From positions 682,001 to 746,000 of the forward strand of contig CBFFRQ010000032.1 of the NCBI GenBank assembly GCA_965644315.1: a stretch of DNA of 64,000 bases, in the 5' to 3' direction. Source of the stretch: Caecitellus pseudoparvulus (lineage: Eukaryota > Protista > Bigyra: Bicosoecida). The translations under genes were made by a program, and so were the position numbers. This document shows, in pieces, positions 12,694 through 22,901 of this stretch. The notes under the pieces were generated by a model. That model was not told the origin of the DNA, ran no database searches, and was given only the letters and a program-made list of their open reading frames with translations. Every line of letters begins with the position of its first letter. The stretch's first letter is position 1.

Positions 12694-15215
12694 ATGGCTG
12701 CTCCTCAGCCTGCTGCACCTACCAGGGCCAGGAGGATGTTACTGCTTGGGAATGATGCATGTGGAGTCTTGGTCTCGGCAGTGTGCGTGCATAGACACTT
12801 GTAGCGGAGCTCCTGGGTGCCGCATCGTCTCCGTTGTCAATTCCCGCTCCACCTCGCATCACCCCTGTGCTGCCACAGGCGCCATAAAGCTGAGCTGAAG
12901 GGTTTGACGCTGGCTGCAAGCGCACTGGCAACACTTGCCATCTTGCACCAGTTCAGCTTGCTGAGGACTTGGTACTTGACTCACGGTGCGTCCAAGCGCC
13001 CAGCAAGCGCTGTCGAGAGGCTTGGAGCAGCTGGCCCAGCCATGAAAGTGTGCCCCTCTGTACACGGCCGCTCGTGCTGCCCTGCTGCACAGAGCACCGG
13101 GGAGTCTACTCGAGTGCGGGGGGGAACTCCACCCGTGCTATTGGCTCGCTGTCGCCTGCCATGTACAATGGCAGTGCTTGGGGTTTCGCAGGAGACCCAC
13201 TCTTCTGGTACAAGCGGTCCGACGCGCTGCCTGCAGGACTCAATGCCTTCACCATCACCATTCTTCCGTGGGTGGTGTTTAACGGCTGGTCATGCACGCG
13301 GTGGAGCACGCTCTGGGCGCTGCTGGCAGTGTCGTTTGGCGTGAACATCCTCAGCTACGTGGGCCGCGGCATGGTCACTGGTGCCGGCGCCGCGCAAGGC
13401 CGGGTGTGGGACCTTGCGAGCCTGGCATTGGCTTGGGCCGGCCAGCTGATTCCCGCTGTGTGTGCGCCGATATTCTTGTTCGGATCCCTGTGGGGACTCA
13501 TCCGTGGCCCTGTTCGTCTGCAGCTGGTGGTGTTCTTCGCGCTGGTTGCCTTTGCATTCATGGTGGTGTCTGTCATTGTGCCTGCCTTCACTGCCGCCAG
13601 CCCTGTCTTCCAGGCTGTCCTTCGAGTGGTGATTTTCACCTTCGGCTTCGAGTTGGCCATTGCTGCCATGCGGGTTTCCACAAAGCTGTCCTTCTCGCCC
13701 CTGCTGCCGCGGGACAGACTAGTTGCCATGGCTGGCCAGTCTGTTCTGGTGGCGGGCATCACGGGGCGCTTCCTCACATCGAGCATGGACTCCACTGTTG
13801 GCACCATTGCCGTAGCATTTGCCATCTCTGTGACCGAGCTCACCCTTCGGCTCACGCTTCCAGCACGGGACAGGGCCATCCTCGCGGCGCTGGACTCGTT
13901 GTGCGGCTGCTGCCGAGCGCGGCGCCACGCTCGCCCACTTCCAGAGCACCTGGGACAAAGCAAGGAGCCTGGCGGTCCTGAAGTCGCCAAGACCGCCCCT
14001 GGTGAGCCTTCGACAATGTCTGCACCTCAAGCGCTGCAAGGTGGGTCCAGGACTGTTCCCCGCCCTGCACTCTTGTCGGTCTCCGAGGGGGCCACTGCTG
14101 GGGCAGACCCACTTGTGGCAAAGGCACTGGCTGCAGCCCAGCGCCGTACAGGCCGCGAGGCTCAAGACATCCACGCATACTTTTCCCTGCTCACGCTGGA
14201 CACCATGGCTGAGGACGTAGGCATTCTCACAACCCTGCCCTTCGCCTTGCTCTTTCGCCTACCGGCGCGCATTGGGGGGCTGCCGCCAAGTATTGGGGAC
14301 GTGCTCATTCGTGTAGGCATGCAGTACGTGCTTGAGATCCTGACAGACCTCGGCCCGGCGATCATGCTCTGGTGTGTGCACGCCTGCTGTGGGGTGCGCT
14401 GGCGCAAGGCGCAAGGCGCGGATGTTCGCCGAGTCGTGAAGCACCGCATGCTCGACGGCACGTCCGAGAGGCCCTCACGCCCTGAATGGCCAGCCACTCC
14501 AGCCATCACGCCGCACACCGGGCTGAAGTGGGTGCCGATGTCCCCCCACGCCGCGCCGCAGTCCGGCCACAGTGCCCTTGCACAGGCTGACAGCCCGCGC
14601 ATGCTCGATGACTCGACACCGGCCCCTGCTGAAACCATGCAGCTTCCTCAACCTGCCCCCAGGAGCAGGAGCTGCTGCTGCACTGCCCCCTGCATCTTGC
14701 AGCCAGATGATGAGGATGTGATGCAGCACAGGGAAAGGCTTGTCAAGGCTTACGCCGCCGAAGTGCGGGACGTCACGCGCGACCCCCTGTGGCAGCCTAT
14801 TGAGTGGGACGACTTGCTCGCTCTGGGTGTGGGGGGCACCCGCGCCGCCTTGGACCTTCGAGGCCGAGCTGACAGCCACAGCAGCTGGTCAGACAGTGGT
14901 TTGGATTCAGAACATCAACATGAGGAGTCGAGTGAGACTGAAGCACGGGTACTGTTCGCACCAGTTCGTCGATTGCAGGACATGACGACCTTGCAGCGCC
15001 TGGCAGCGTGGCTGGCGATTCGCAGTGAAACCCTTGCAGTGCGACTCAACCGCGCTTGGGAGACGCGCTTCCGGGGGTTCAACGTGCTGTTCCTGACAGC
15101 CGCCGTCTCCTCCATGCTGCTGGCGAGTCGCTCCCTGATGGACCCGGCTGTGCGGTGCATGCTGCGGGACCCGAGTGGGGGCATTTTCTTTGACTTTTGC
15201 CCAGCAGAAGATTGA
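12694..15215 (+). CDS. Unknown multi-pass membrane protein; introns 12783-12878 and 12986-13092
   Basis: ATG 12694 and two GTGCGT...CAG introns splice in frame into the 748-aa ORF. About 8-10 hydrophobic segments; no family recognised. Confidence 0.65.
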
Positions 15216-15223
15216 AGCCCCGC

Positions 15224-18200
15224 TTAGACATCCCCACTGGCCTCTCCAGGCTCCAGCCCTGTGACAGGCACTGCCAAGTGGCACGTGAGACGCCCAGCAT
15301 GGCCCGGGTAACTCACTTCCACAGCAACGGAAAGCTGGGTTGGCCCTGGTAGCCTCAGCAACTGGCCCAAGTCGACCTCTGGAGCCTGTGGATCCCCCCC
15401 CGCCTCCGACGTTGACGTTGGTATTAAGCCCTTTGATCCCTTGGCGGCGCCTCCCAGCCATGTCCAGCCACCCTCCACGTCATGATGGACGACCTCCCAC
15501 GCAACACACAAGCCTTCCCCTGCTGACGCACCCCTGCAGGCCTCCACTAGCCGAGAAGGCAGCCTTGTGCTGTCAAGCCGCAGCATCAGGTGCCCCATCT
15601 GTGCACCCCTGTCCTCAACTCCAGCCGTGAAGCACGTTTCCCAGAAGGCAGCCCGGGCAGGTGCCTCGGGGGCCCATGGGCCTCCATTCGGAGGCCATGC
15701 TTCCGGGAGAGAGGGCACCGTGAAATCCAGCCTCAGTACAGACACCGGGGCTAAGTCGTGCTGCCCCTGCCCTTCATCCAAGTTCGTGGATACCTGCAGG
15801 CTCCGCCCCGCAGCAGCACTCTGAGCTTCGTGGTCAGTGCCTTGGTACCAAGCCAGCAGCGAAAGCTGCTCACCTGGTCCGGCACCCAACGCCTGGCAGG
15901 CGTCACTCAGGGCCATACCTGCCAGTCGCAACTCGCCTGAGCTTAGTTCCACCCCTGTGCTGTCCAACTTCAGGGCCTGGTGCATGGCAGGTGCCGCGCC
16001 CGTTTTTGGCAGGCTGGTCAAGGAAGACGGGAGGGCCAAGCAGGCGCTGCGGAGTTGCAGGTCCCCTGAGCTCGCCCCGGTCGAGCCCCCAATTCTGCGC
16101 GTCGGCCACGAGAGCACCAGGCTCCCATCACCTTCAACAGGGAGCAAGGCGAATTCAGCAGGTACCCCCAAACGGCCTTGGGCCTCGCAAACATGCAGCT
16201 GCAGTGGTCGACCAAGGGGCACTGCCGCCTCCAGATTGCCCCATTGAACCCGCACATGCCGAATCACATGCCGCCCTGGGTGCGCAGGCGCAGTGGTCAT
16301 CAACTGGAACTGGGCCTTGCCATGCTGCAGTGTTGGTGGGCTTCCTCCTGAAGCGGAGTCCTGATGAACTTCCGCATGCTGCTCGGCACCGGGCACTGCG
16401 TGTCCCCATGGGACCATGACCGACGCTGTGAACGGCGCGCTGCCGCCACTCCACCGCGGAGCCCCCATCTGCACTCGAATGGAGCAGGACAGGGATAGCA
16501 CGTCGCCGGGAAAGGCATGCAGTGTAGTCACTTCCTCGACACTTCGCTGGGCTCGGCGCCCCCTCCTTCCGAACATGCGAGAGGGGGACACCGTGCGCTG
16601 GACCGACGTCGCCAGGATGCGGGGGCGCATCCAAATGCAGTCCTTGAGCAACGGCCGCTGCCATGAGCATGCACAATCAGACAGCCAAGGAAGGTGTGAC
16701 ACTGGTCGCGCTAGCTGCAGCAATGCCTCGTCCCAGTGTTGGAAAGGGCCAGCATCGTCGGCACTTTGGCTGCGCAGGAAATTTGACAAACTCAGTGCCA
16801 AGTGGAAACACAGCGGGGACGACATGCCCCGAAAGCAGCCACCCACCGTGTGGGGGTGGGCAGCGTGCTGGAGGAACAGCACAGGGCGAGTCAAGGCTGC
16901 CTGCAAGACTCGGTCGGCGTCGCTGCTCATCGCCGCGCCGGGCTGACCACTCCAACGCAGCCCCGACGGTGCAGCTGCAAATCCACCCTGCAACCCTGCC
17001 CAGACAAGGGCAGCTTCGCAAGCGCAACTGGGGAGGCCTAACTTGGCAAAGCAAGATGTCATGGTGCGCATCAGGTCAGCAAGAGAGCTTCGCCACGCAA
17101 CGTCGGTCCAACGCGGCTGCAATCCGTGGATGGCAGTGCTTGCGGCGTGGCCGCCCTCTGCCCTGCGAGGGCTCACCATGCCAGTGCCAACTGCCCCTGC
17201 AAAGCTGTCTTCTGAGCCGCCTCGAGGGCCGTGCTTGGAACTGCTCGTATCGGCAGACGCAGCCGTGCCTGCAGCTGGCTGGGCCTGCCAGACGATCCCC
17301 GCAGCCAGAGCTGTTGCCAAGCTTGGTGCAGCAGCCCCCAGAGCTGCGCAGGCAAGAACGAGGGCGTGGCTTTGGAAGCCACATGACGCAAGTGTGTGCA
17401 CTGGATGCTTTAAGCACCCCCATGCGCGCCGGGGAGCTCGGCAGGGAATGTTCTGTGCGGTGCCAAGGGTCAGAAACAGTGTCGCTGACACTGCCAGGCA
17501 GACGTCTGCGCAAAGGCGCAGGCGAGCCTGATCACTGGGTGCCGAGGATGCTGGACCCCTCTGGACATCAGAGTATGCTTGCTGCAGGGCAGACTCTGCA
17601 GTTTGGACGGCGCTCAAGGCTGCTTTTGTAGCTGCGGCCGAGCACGACCAGGGAGCAGCGGACGCTGCATCTGACACTCGCTTGCGCTGAGGTGACCCTG
17701 ACTGGGGCCCTGCAAGGCAAACGTTGCCGTCCAGACTAGTTTGTGCCGCCACCATGTAAGCAGTGCTAGCCTGCATGAACATGAGCGGTGCGTGTGAACT
17801 CGGTGGCAGGGGAGACAGCAGCATGTTGGCTTTGGCGTCCCCCACTACGACGGCCGCCGCGGCATTCGCGCCATTTACAAGAGCATCTGCAGCAATTTGC
17901 CACCGTTTCACACTCCTCCCATGAAGCCCTGGTGGTGGGGCGGGCTCTGAAGACTTCCACTGGCCTTCTGGTGGCGGCTCCCAGCCACTGAGCTGCGACG
18001 AGCCTGGTGCGGGTGTGCTGCTCTGCGCAGCAGCAAACCACACTGCAAGTCCCATAGCGAGGGAGCACTGCACTGAGAGCCTGTTCGTCTCCAGCAAGTC
18101 TGCTGCCCCCAGCGCGATGTCCCGCAGTGAGGTGTCCACGAGGCGCTGAGCCACCAAAGCGTACTCCCAAGCACCGCTGGCGTCTCCCAACGCCAGGCTG

Positions 18201-18853
18201 GTGCTGGAAGCAGCACAGCACAGAGCCACAGCAGCAGCGACAGCCTGGCCATCCAGCAAGTGTGGCAGGGCGCCTGAAGTGCCAGATGCGAGCAAGTGCT
18301 GTGCCTGCAGGCCACACTGACCCTCGATGAAGCCGACGTGCTGAAGCTTGTCCTGGTACACGCGGGTGAGAATGTTCGCCAGGAGGTACCGGCACGACAG
18401 CACCTCCTGGCCCGGAAGGACCAAGTGCACGTGTGCTGCAGAGGTGATGCGCTCGTCGGCGAGCTGGGCGTCGGTGGGGTAGAAGCAGATGGTTTCCACT
18501 GGCACCTGCTTGGAGCCTTTGCGCCAGTTCACGCTGGCTTGCACTGCCTTGTGCTCAGCAAGCAAGTCGGTGTGCGCCGGGCAATGAAGCACCTGCACCG
18601 CAGCATCCACTGGGAAAGCACCTCCGGGGACCAGACTGCGCTCCGTGAGCATGGAGAAGCGCACAGTCAGGTTGCCTGCCTGCCAGTTCACGCCAGGGAA
18701 GGTGCTGGGATTGAAGGCATCAGGAGACGTGACGGCATCCTGGGCGATGAGGGACAGGCGGGCGACCAGAGCCCCAAGTGCATCTTTAGCCTCTTGAGAC
18801 GGCCCACAGCTCAGGCCAATGGCGACGTTCTCGACGCCAAGCGGGATGTCCAT
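15224..18853 (-). CDS. Probable highly divergent TRAPPII subunit TRAPPC9/Trs120
   Basis: ORF of about 1200 aa. The N-terminus (FPGVNWQAGNLTVRF...VLHCPAHTDL...CFYPTDAQLAD) recalls plant Trs120 (PF..QPWDSGSLRFKF...LVHCPSSPDL...CFAFSPGDSQLED), and the helical middle and beta-rich C-terminus fit that architecture. Recognised by eye only. Confidence 0.55.
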   Translation of the reverse strand: MDIPLGVENVAIGLSCGPSQEAKDALGALVARLSLIAQDAVTSPDAFNPSTFPGVNWQAGNLTVRFSMLTERSLVPGGAFPVDAAVQVLHCPAHTDLLAEHKAVQASVNWRKGSKQVPVETICFYPTDAQLADERITSAAHVHLVLPGQEVLSCRYLLANILTRVYQDKLQHVGFIEGQCGLQAQHLLASGTSGALPHLLDGQAVAAAVALCCAASSTSLALGDASGAWEYALVAQRLVDTSLRDIALGAADLLETNRLSVQCSLAMGLAVWFAAAQSSTPAPGSSQLSGWEPPPEGQWKSSEPAPPPGLHGRSVKRWQIAADALVNGANAAAAVVVGDAKANMLLSPLPPSSHAPLMFMQASTAYMVAAQTSLDGNVCLAGPQSGSPQRKRVSDAASAAPWSCSAAATKAALSAVQTAESALQQAYSDVQRGPASSAPSDQARLRLCADVCLAVSATLFLTLGTAQNIPCRAPRRAWGCLKHPVHTLASCGFQSHALVLACAALGAAAPSLATALAAGIVWQAQPAAGTAASADTSSSKHGPRGGSEDSFAGAVGTGMVSPRRAEGGHAASTAIHGLQPRWTDVAWRSSLADLMRTMTSCFAKLGLPSCACEAALVWAGLQGGFAAAPSGLRWSGQPGAAMSSDADRVLQAALTRPVLFLQHAAHPHTVGGCFRGMSSPLCFHLALSLSNFLRSQSADDAGPFQHWDEALLQLARPVSHLPWLSDCACSWQRPLLKDCIWMRPRILATSVQRTVSPSRMFGRRGRRAQRSVEEVTTLHAFPGDVLSLSCSIRVQMGAPRWSGGSAPFTASVMVPWGHAVPGAEQHAEVHQDSASGGSPPTLQHGKAQFQLMTTAPAHPGRHVIRHVRVQWGNLEAAVPLGRPLQLHVCEAQGRLGVPAEFALLPVEGDGSLVLSWPTRRIGGSTGASSGDLQLRSACLALPSSLTSLPKTGAAPAMHQALKLDSTGVELSSGELRLAGMALSDACQALGAGPGEQLSLLAWYQGTDHEAQSAAAGRSLQVSTNLDEGQGQHDLAPVSVLRLDFTVPSLPEAWPPNGGPWAPEAPARAAFWETCFTAGVEDRGAQMGHLMLRLDSTRLPSRLVEACRGASAGEGLCVAWEVVHHDVEGGWTWLGGAAKGSKGLIPTSTSEAGGDPQAPEVDLGQLLRLPGPTQLSVAVEVSYPGHAGRLTCHLAVPVTGLEPGEASGDV

Positions 18854-19223
18854 GAAGTCGCCGTGCCCTGCGGAATTTGCTTGGCTGCAAGGCAAGGATG
18901 CGAAGAGCGATCAGCTAGCGATGGCTAGTGCCGCCAAGCCTTGGCCTTGAGTTCGCGTTGAACATGTATCAGCTAGGTTTATTGTTTTGAAGGCTACCGT
19001 GGCTCTCAGGCATGTGCTAGACCTTGAAAGCGACCGTACTTGAGTTCGCCCTCAACACGCCGTGTGCGGGTGTCAGACAGGGGGGGATTGTATGTGAGCA
19101 CGGCGAGTGCATTCAATGGGGAGGTGCAGCCAATGGACAGCCCGTGAATACAGCGTGCAAGTCTCAGCTTGCAAGCTATGTGGCACGGAGTGCTGCGGCA
19201 CCTAATCAAGCCCAGTTGAAGAC

Positions 19224-21184
19224 TTACGCCTGAGGGAACATCTTACGCAGAGCGTCGATGAGCTCGGCCAGGGCATCCTGAGGGGTGCTGGCGCCAGTCA
19301 CCTCGTTGATGGAAGACACGAGCTTGGCGTAGTTGGGGGTGCCCAGGCCAGTGGTGGCATCCCAGCCAGAGGTGGCCTCGAAGCCAGTGGAGCAGCAGGC
19401 AGACCCGCTCTGGGTGCACTTGTTGTTGCCCGAGGTGACGTCGTTGAAGGAGGAGGCATCATGGGCCCATGCAGCGTACAGGAGGGGGTTGGCGAAGCCG
19501 ATCTTGCTCTCGCCGTTCTTCACGCGAGCGGCGTTGATCTGGGACAGGACACCAGCGAACACGGGGCAGGCAGCGGAAGTGCCGTCGACGGACTGCACCT
19601 CGCCGTCCAGCTCGATGTAGTAAGAGTGGCCCAGGGCAGCGACATCGGGGTAGCCACGGCCAGCAGAGTTGAAGTCACCGTTGGGGGGGGTGGCGCCAGA
19701 CTTGGACAGGTAGGCAGACACGGCGGCATCCTGGTAGGAAGGGCGGTCAGCGTAGAGGGAGAAGCCACCACCGGAGGTGATCAGGGAGCCAGTCTTGGTG
19801 GAGGACACGATCTCGCTGCCGGAAATGGCGCACTGCAGTTGGTTCTGGCAGATGGGGGCGCTGCCGCCGGCCTTGGCATCGGAGCCCAGCTGGGTGGCAC
19901 CGACAGCGGTGATGTAGGGGGAGGCGGCGGGGAAGCCAGGGTGCACAGTGCCGGAAGAGCAGGACAGGTCGGAGCGGCCGTGGGCACCAGCATCACCGGA
20001 GGCAGCCAGGAGGGTGACGCCAGCTGCGCCCAGCTTCTGGAAGTTGGTGTTGACAGCCTTGACGAAAGCAGCAGAGCCGCCAGAAGAGCAAGGAGCAGAG
20101 CCGGGGGAGATCTCGCACTGCTCGGCCTCGGACCAGCCGTAGGACATGGACACGACGTCAATGCCGTAGGCGGAGTTGGAGAGCAGGTCCTGGGTCATCT
20201 CGTACATCCAGCCGGAGGTGGTGTAGTAGTAGTTGGTGGCGCCAGAGCCGATCGTGCCGAGGTACTGCACATCCAGGGTGGACTCAGCCTGGGGAGGGAA
20301 CTGCTGGAAGGGGCCAAAGTGCTTCTCCACGTCGAAGTTGGGTGCGCCCGTGTTGGACAGGAACGTGGACAGGTCGGAGGAGGAGAAAGCAGTCAGGTCC
20401 TGGAACTCGAAGGCTGCCTGCACGATGCCGTCAGCCGAAGCAGAGCCCAGGTTGTACATGCTCTTGATGGTGCCAGGCACCACGTGCAGAGAGGAACCGC
20501 CGCCACCGCCGCTGCCGCCAGAAGTAGGGGAGTAGGAGGTAGACAGCTCACGAACCTCAGCCATGTGGGGCATGGGCAGCAGGTTCAGGCCAGAGATGAA
20601 GTCGATCTTGCCCTCCATCTCGCTGGGCACGGTGTAGGCCGCGTCGACCTTGTGCACCAGACGCCCAGACTCCTCGTGCAGGAACTTGAACATCTTGGTG
20701 GCCAGGGCACGCTCCACGTCCTCGACGCGGGCCAGGCACCGGAAGCCAGTGGAGGTCTTGGCAGTGCACTGGGCAAAGGTGTCCAGCCACTTCTTCACGT
20801 CCGCGACGGTGTCAGCAGGTGTGGCAGTGAGCTTGTCAATGGCCTCGAAGGACATGTGCTTGCCGTACATGGAGCTGTGGGGGGAGGGCGCCGTGGGGGG
20901 AGACTTGTGCAAGTCGGGTTTGGCGTGGTGGTTTGCCGCGCTAGCGCGGATGGCACAGGGTGAGGAATTCCTCCTGCGCGCAGGTCGACTCACTTGCCGG
21001 GGGTGGAGATCTTCCAAAACAGGTCATCCAGCTTCTCCAGGTTGGAGTTGGGCATGGCCACAGAGAACTCCACGGCTGCGCGGGGGTGGCTGCGCCCGAC
21101 TCGCTGCCAGTCATCGCGAGGACCGGAAGCGGCGGTGGCGCACGCCACAGCGGCTGCTGCGAGGATGGCTGAAAATAGCTTCAT
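19224..21184 (-). CDS. Secreted sedolisin/tripeptidyl-peptidase (peptidase S53) with pro-kumamolisin prodomain; intron 20875-20993
   Basis: Signal peptide MKLFSAILAAAAVACATA, catalytic AESTLDVQY (Glu/Asp), oxyanion AASGDAG, SGGGFS, GRGYPDVAA, catalytic GTSAACP and Ca-site WDATTGLGTP. Very strong C/G-ending codon bias. Confidence 0.92.
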
Positions 21185-21554
21185 GGTGAGCAAGCAGTTG
21201 CAGAGGTTTCCACAACGTGTCAAGATGTAAGGTTGAAAGATTGGTTTTGGACGGATAGGGCTGACTGCGAGTTGCACGAGGGGCCTCCACCACGCCGAGT
21301 AGAGCCCCCCCCAGGAGCACGCCGCCAAGAGCAGGCCCCGCCTCCGCCAGCATGCGCGAGACCCGCACACAAAGAGCAGGCAGCCTGAGACATGCCGCCG
21401 TCGCCAAGTGCCGCTGCCTGAGCTTGTCTTGGAAGCCACAGGGCCGCAGACTCAGGGTTGTGGAACCTTCTCTGCACCCAGCGCGGGAGCGGCTTGAGCC
21501 ACTGGCCGGCCCTGCACGAGCAGTGCGCACCTGGTCTCTCAGCGAGTTCAGGCC

Positions 21555-22355
21555 ATGGCCTCCACTGCACTTGCGACCGTTGGGGAAGACGCTGCCACTG
21601 AACACGTGCCAATCAAGACCACGCAGCTGCTGGTCAACGCCTTCATCACAGACACGGTGGCCTTCCTGAACTCCTTCAGCGCTATCACAGAGAGCAAGCT
21701 GCAAGCGATGGGAGGCAACATCGCAAGGCTGGAGAAGAACCTCATCTTGCTGGAGCACAAGCTTGCCCGGATACCTGGCCTCACAGACATCGCGGAGGGC
21801 CAGCATGCCCGTATGTGCTGCACTGCACTTGGTGCCGAGGTACCCCTTGCAGCCTCGTAGCACCCTCCTTTCGCTGACTTCGCAGCCCCCGCCTCCACCA
21901 GGCTGCCAACCGAGCACGTGGAGGGCTCAGAGCCCGTTGCCTCGCAGGCAGAACCTGCTGCACAGCCCCAGCCGGAAGCCAGCTCCAGCGCTGGTGCGAA
22001 TGCCCCGCCAAGCGCCGCCGAGCCTGCCCCAGCGCCTGCTGCTGCCGCTGAAATTCCGCCCGAGTACATACCCTACCAACGACTGATAAAGATGGGCATG
22101 CCTCAGGAGCAGTTGGCACTGAAAATGAGGGCTGAGGGAGCTGATCCCGCTGTCCTGGGCATCACAGACACCGAGGCAGCGCCTGCCTCAGCCCCAGCCC
22201 CGGAGCCTGCCCCAGCGCCTGCTGCTGCCGCTGAAGTTCCGCCGGAGTATAAATCATACCAGCGGCTGATGAAGATGGGCATGCCTCAGGAGCAGTTGGC
22301 ACTGAAGATGAGGGCTGAGGGGGCCGACCCCGCCATCCTCGGCATCTCCGAGTAA
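21555..22355 (+). CDS. WASHC3: WASH complex subunit 3 (CCDC53); intron 21811-21885
   Basis: LLVNAFITDTVAFLNSFS...ESKL...IARLEKNLILLEHKLARIPGL coiled coil, plus the C-terminal module PEY..YQRL.KMGMP...KMRAEGADP. Confidence 0.85.
22020..22346 (+). repeat. Intragenic direct duplication (22020-22163 and 22203-22346, period 183 bp) encoding two WASHC3 C-terminal modules
   Basis: Long identical runs, e.g. gagcctgccccagcgcctgctgctgccgctgaa and aagatgggcatgcctcaggagcagttggcactgaa, occur in both copies. Confidence 0.9.
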
Positions 22356-22901
22356 CCCGAGCACCCGCTGCTTCCCGCTCCAAGTCTTGGAGTGGTGGCT
22401 TTCGAGCTTTGTTGCATTCACCCCCTAAACTGTACTCTGCTTCACCCACTTGTGCATTCGCTGGATGGCCTGCGCTTGCCAAAGCCAGCTAGAGTTTCAG
22501 CAGCCAGCTGAACAGCACAAACCGTGACGGAGCCAAATTCACCCGAACGCAGATCTGGATCAGCGAGCTTGAATCCTTATCAAATGGACCCAGAGTGGAC
22601 CAACTTTCGGCCACTGATTGCTGGGGCGTGCTGCAGTTGGACTCACATTCTTGCTGCTGGTGTTGCTTTACAGAAACCTGCAACAACTTAGCGTGCGTGT
22701 TCACTCGTGCCAGCGAGGCACCCGAGGTGGTAGCTTGTGATGAAGTGGCCTAGTCTTGATACAGTGTCCCACAAACTTCACCTTGACCCACCGATTCTGC
22801 CTGGTGGCCTGCTGAAACCTGCATCATCCCTGCTCGGCCGCTGCGACCTGCTCCAAATCTGCTTCCCTCTCGCCTCCATCGCAGGGCTCCCTTGCAACGG
22901 C

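Noticed and set aside
19461-20963. 500-aa ORF antisense to the sedolisin gene (similar antisense ORFs at 35233-36489, 58885-59811 and 38185-39213)
   Set aside because: Expected shadow of strong C/G-ending codon bias on the true coding strand; there are no protein motifs.
21238-21248. CCAAT-like boxes in divergent spacers (also about 48235)
   Set aside because: Too few and too short to distinguish from chance.
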